Shown: in pieces, positions 63,601 to 64,000 of the stretch | Layout: every line of letters begins with the position of its first letter | How positions within the stretch are numbered: position 1 is the stretch's first letter | Assembly: GCA_026770705.1 (NCBI GenBank) | Contig: JANJGN010000021.1 | Coordinates: 105,152,001 to 105,216,000, forward strand | Origin: Isurus oxyrinchus | Lineage: Eukaryota | Direction: 5' to 3' | DNA: 64,000 nucleotides | Notes under the pieces: model-generated | Databases searched by the model: none | What the model saw: only the letters and a program-made list of their open reading frames with translations | What the model was told of the DNA's origin: nothing | Position numbers and translations under genes: made by a program

Positions 63601-64000
63601 CCCAATTTGGCTGAATTGAGTATTGCTTTGCTAAGAAATACTGCGGCCTTGCTATATTCAGTCATAACCAAAGTTGGAACAGGGTTCCTCCGAACTGTCC
63701 AACTAACCTGATTGGGCTCTTAGATAAACAAACAGAGAGAATTGATGAAAGTAGTGCAGCCATTGCTGTGTGCATAGATTTGCAAAAGGAGTGGTATCAG
63801 TTCAATACGGAAGATTAACTAAGCAAGCTACCAGAGGTTATTTTATGTCATAGCACCACAGAACACAGAGCACAGAAGAAGGCCGTTTGATCCATTGCAT
63901 CTGTGACAACCCTTTGGTAGGACAATTTAACTGACCCCACTGCGTTTCTGTTTCCCCATAGTTCTGCAATCTTCGCCTTTTCAGTTGTATGAATGCTTTG

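Overview
Eukaryotic, intron-containing and repeat-rich vertebrate DNA. The repeat content (CR1/L2 LINEs, a Deu-type SINE, Penelope elements) suggests a cartilaginous fish; this is an inference. Two tandem minus-strand genes encode type I membrane receptors, each with one germline-joined VJ-type Ig domain (NKp30/NCR3-like). Gene A (exons 4563-4521, 4328-3975, 3351-3149; 199 aa) has a Lys in the transmembrane (TM) helix and a short tail with no tyrosine, so it looks activating. Gene B (exons 42631-42589, 39103-38747, 32352-32215, 15157-15126, 13605-13333; 280 aa) has three ITIMs, so it looks inhibitory. Together they resemble a paired activating/inhibitory receptor unit. The 17-kb third coding intron of gene B is a nest of transposons. 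It includes a degenerate Gmr1-like Gypsy LTR retrotransposon (21776-31441) whose integrase/RT region is replaced by about 1.3 kb of coiled-coil coding sequence matching the host golgin GOLGA4. Other features are Penelope remnants with minimal hammerhead ribozyme motifs, a locally templated inverted duplication, three near-full-length CR1 elements and a 136-N assembly gap. Repeat boundaries are approximate, and family assignments come from recalled motifs, not database searches.
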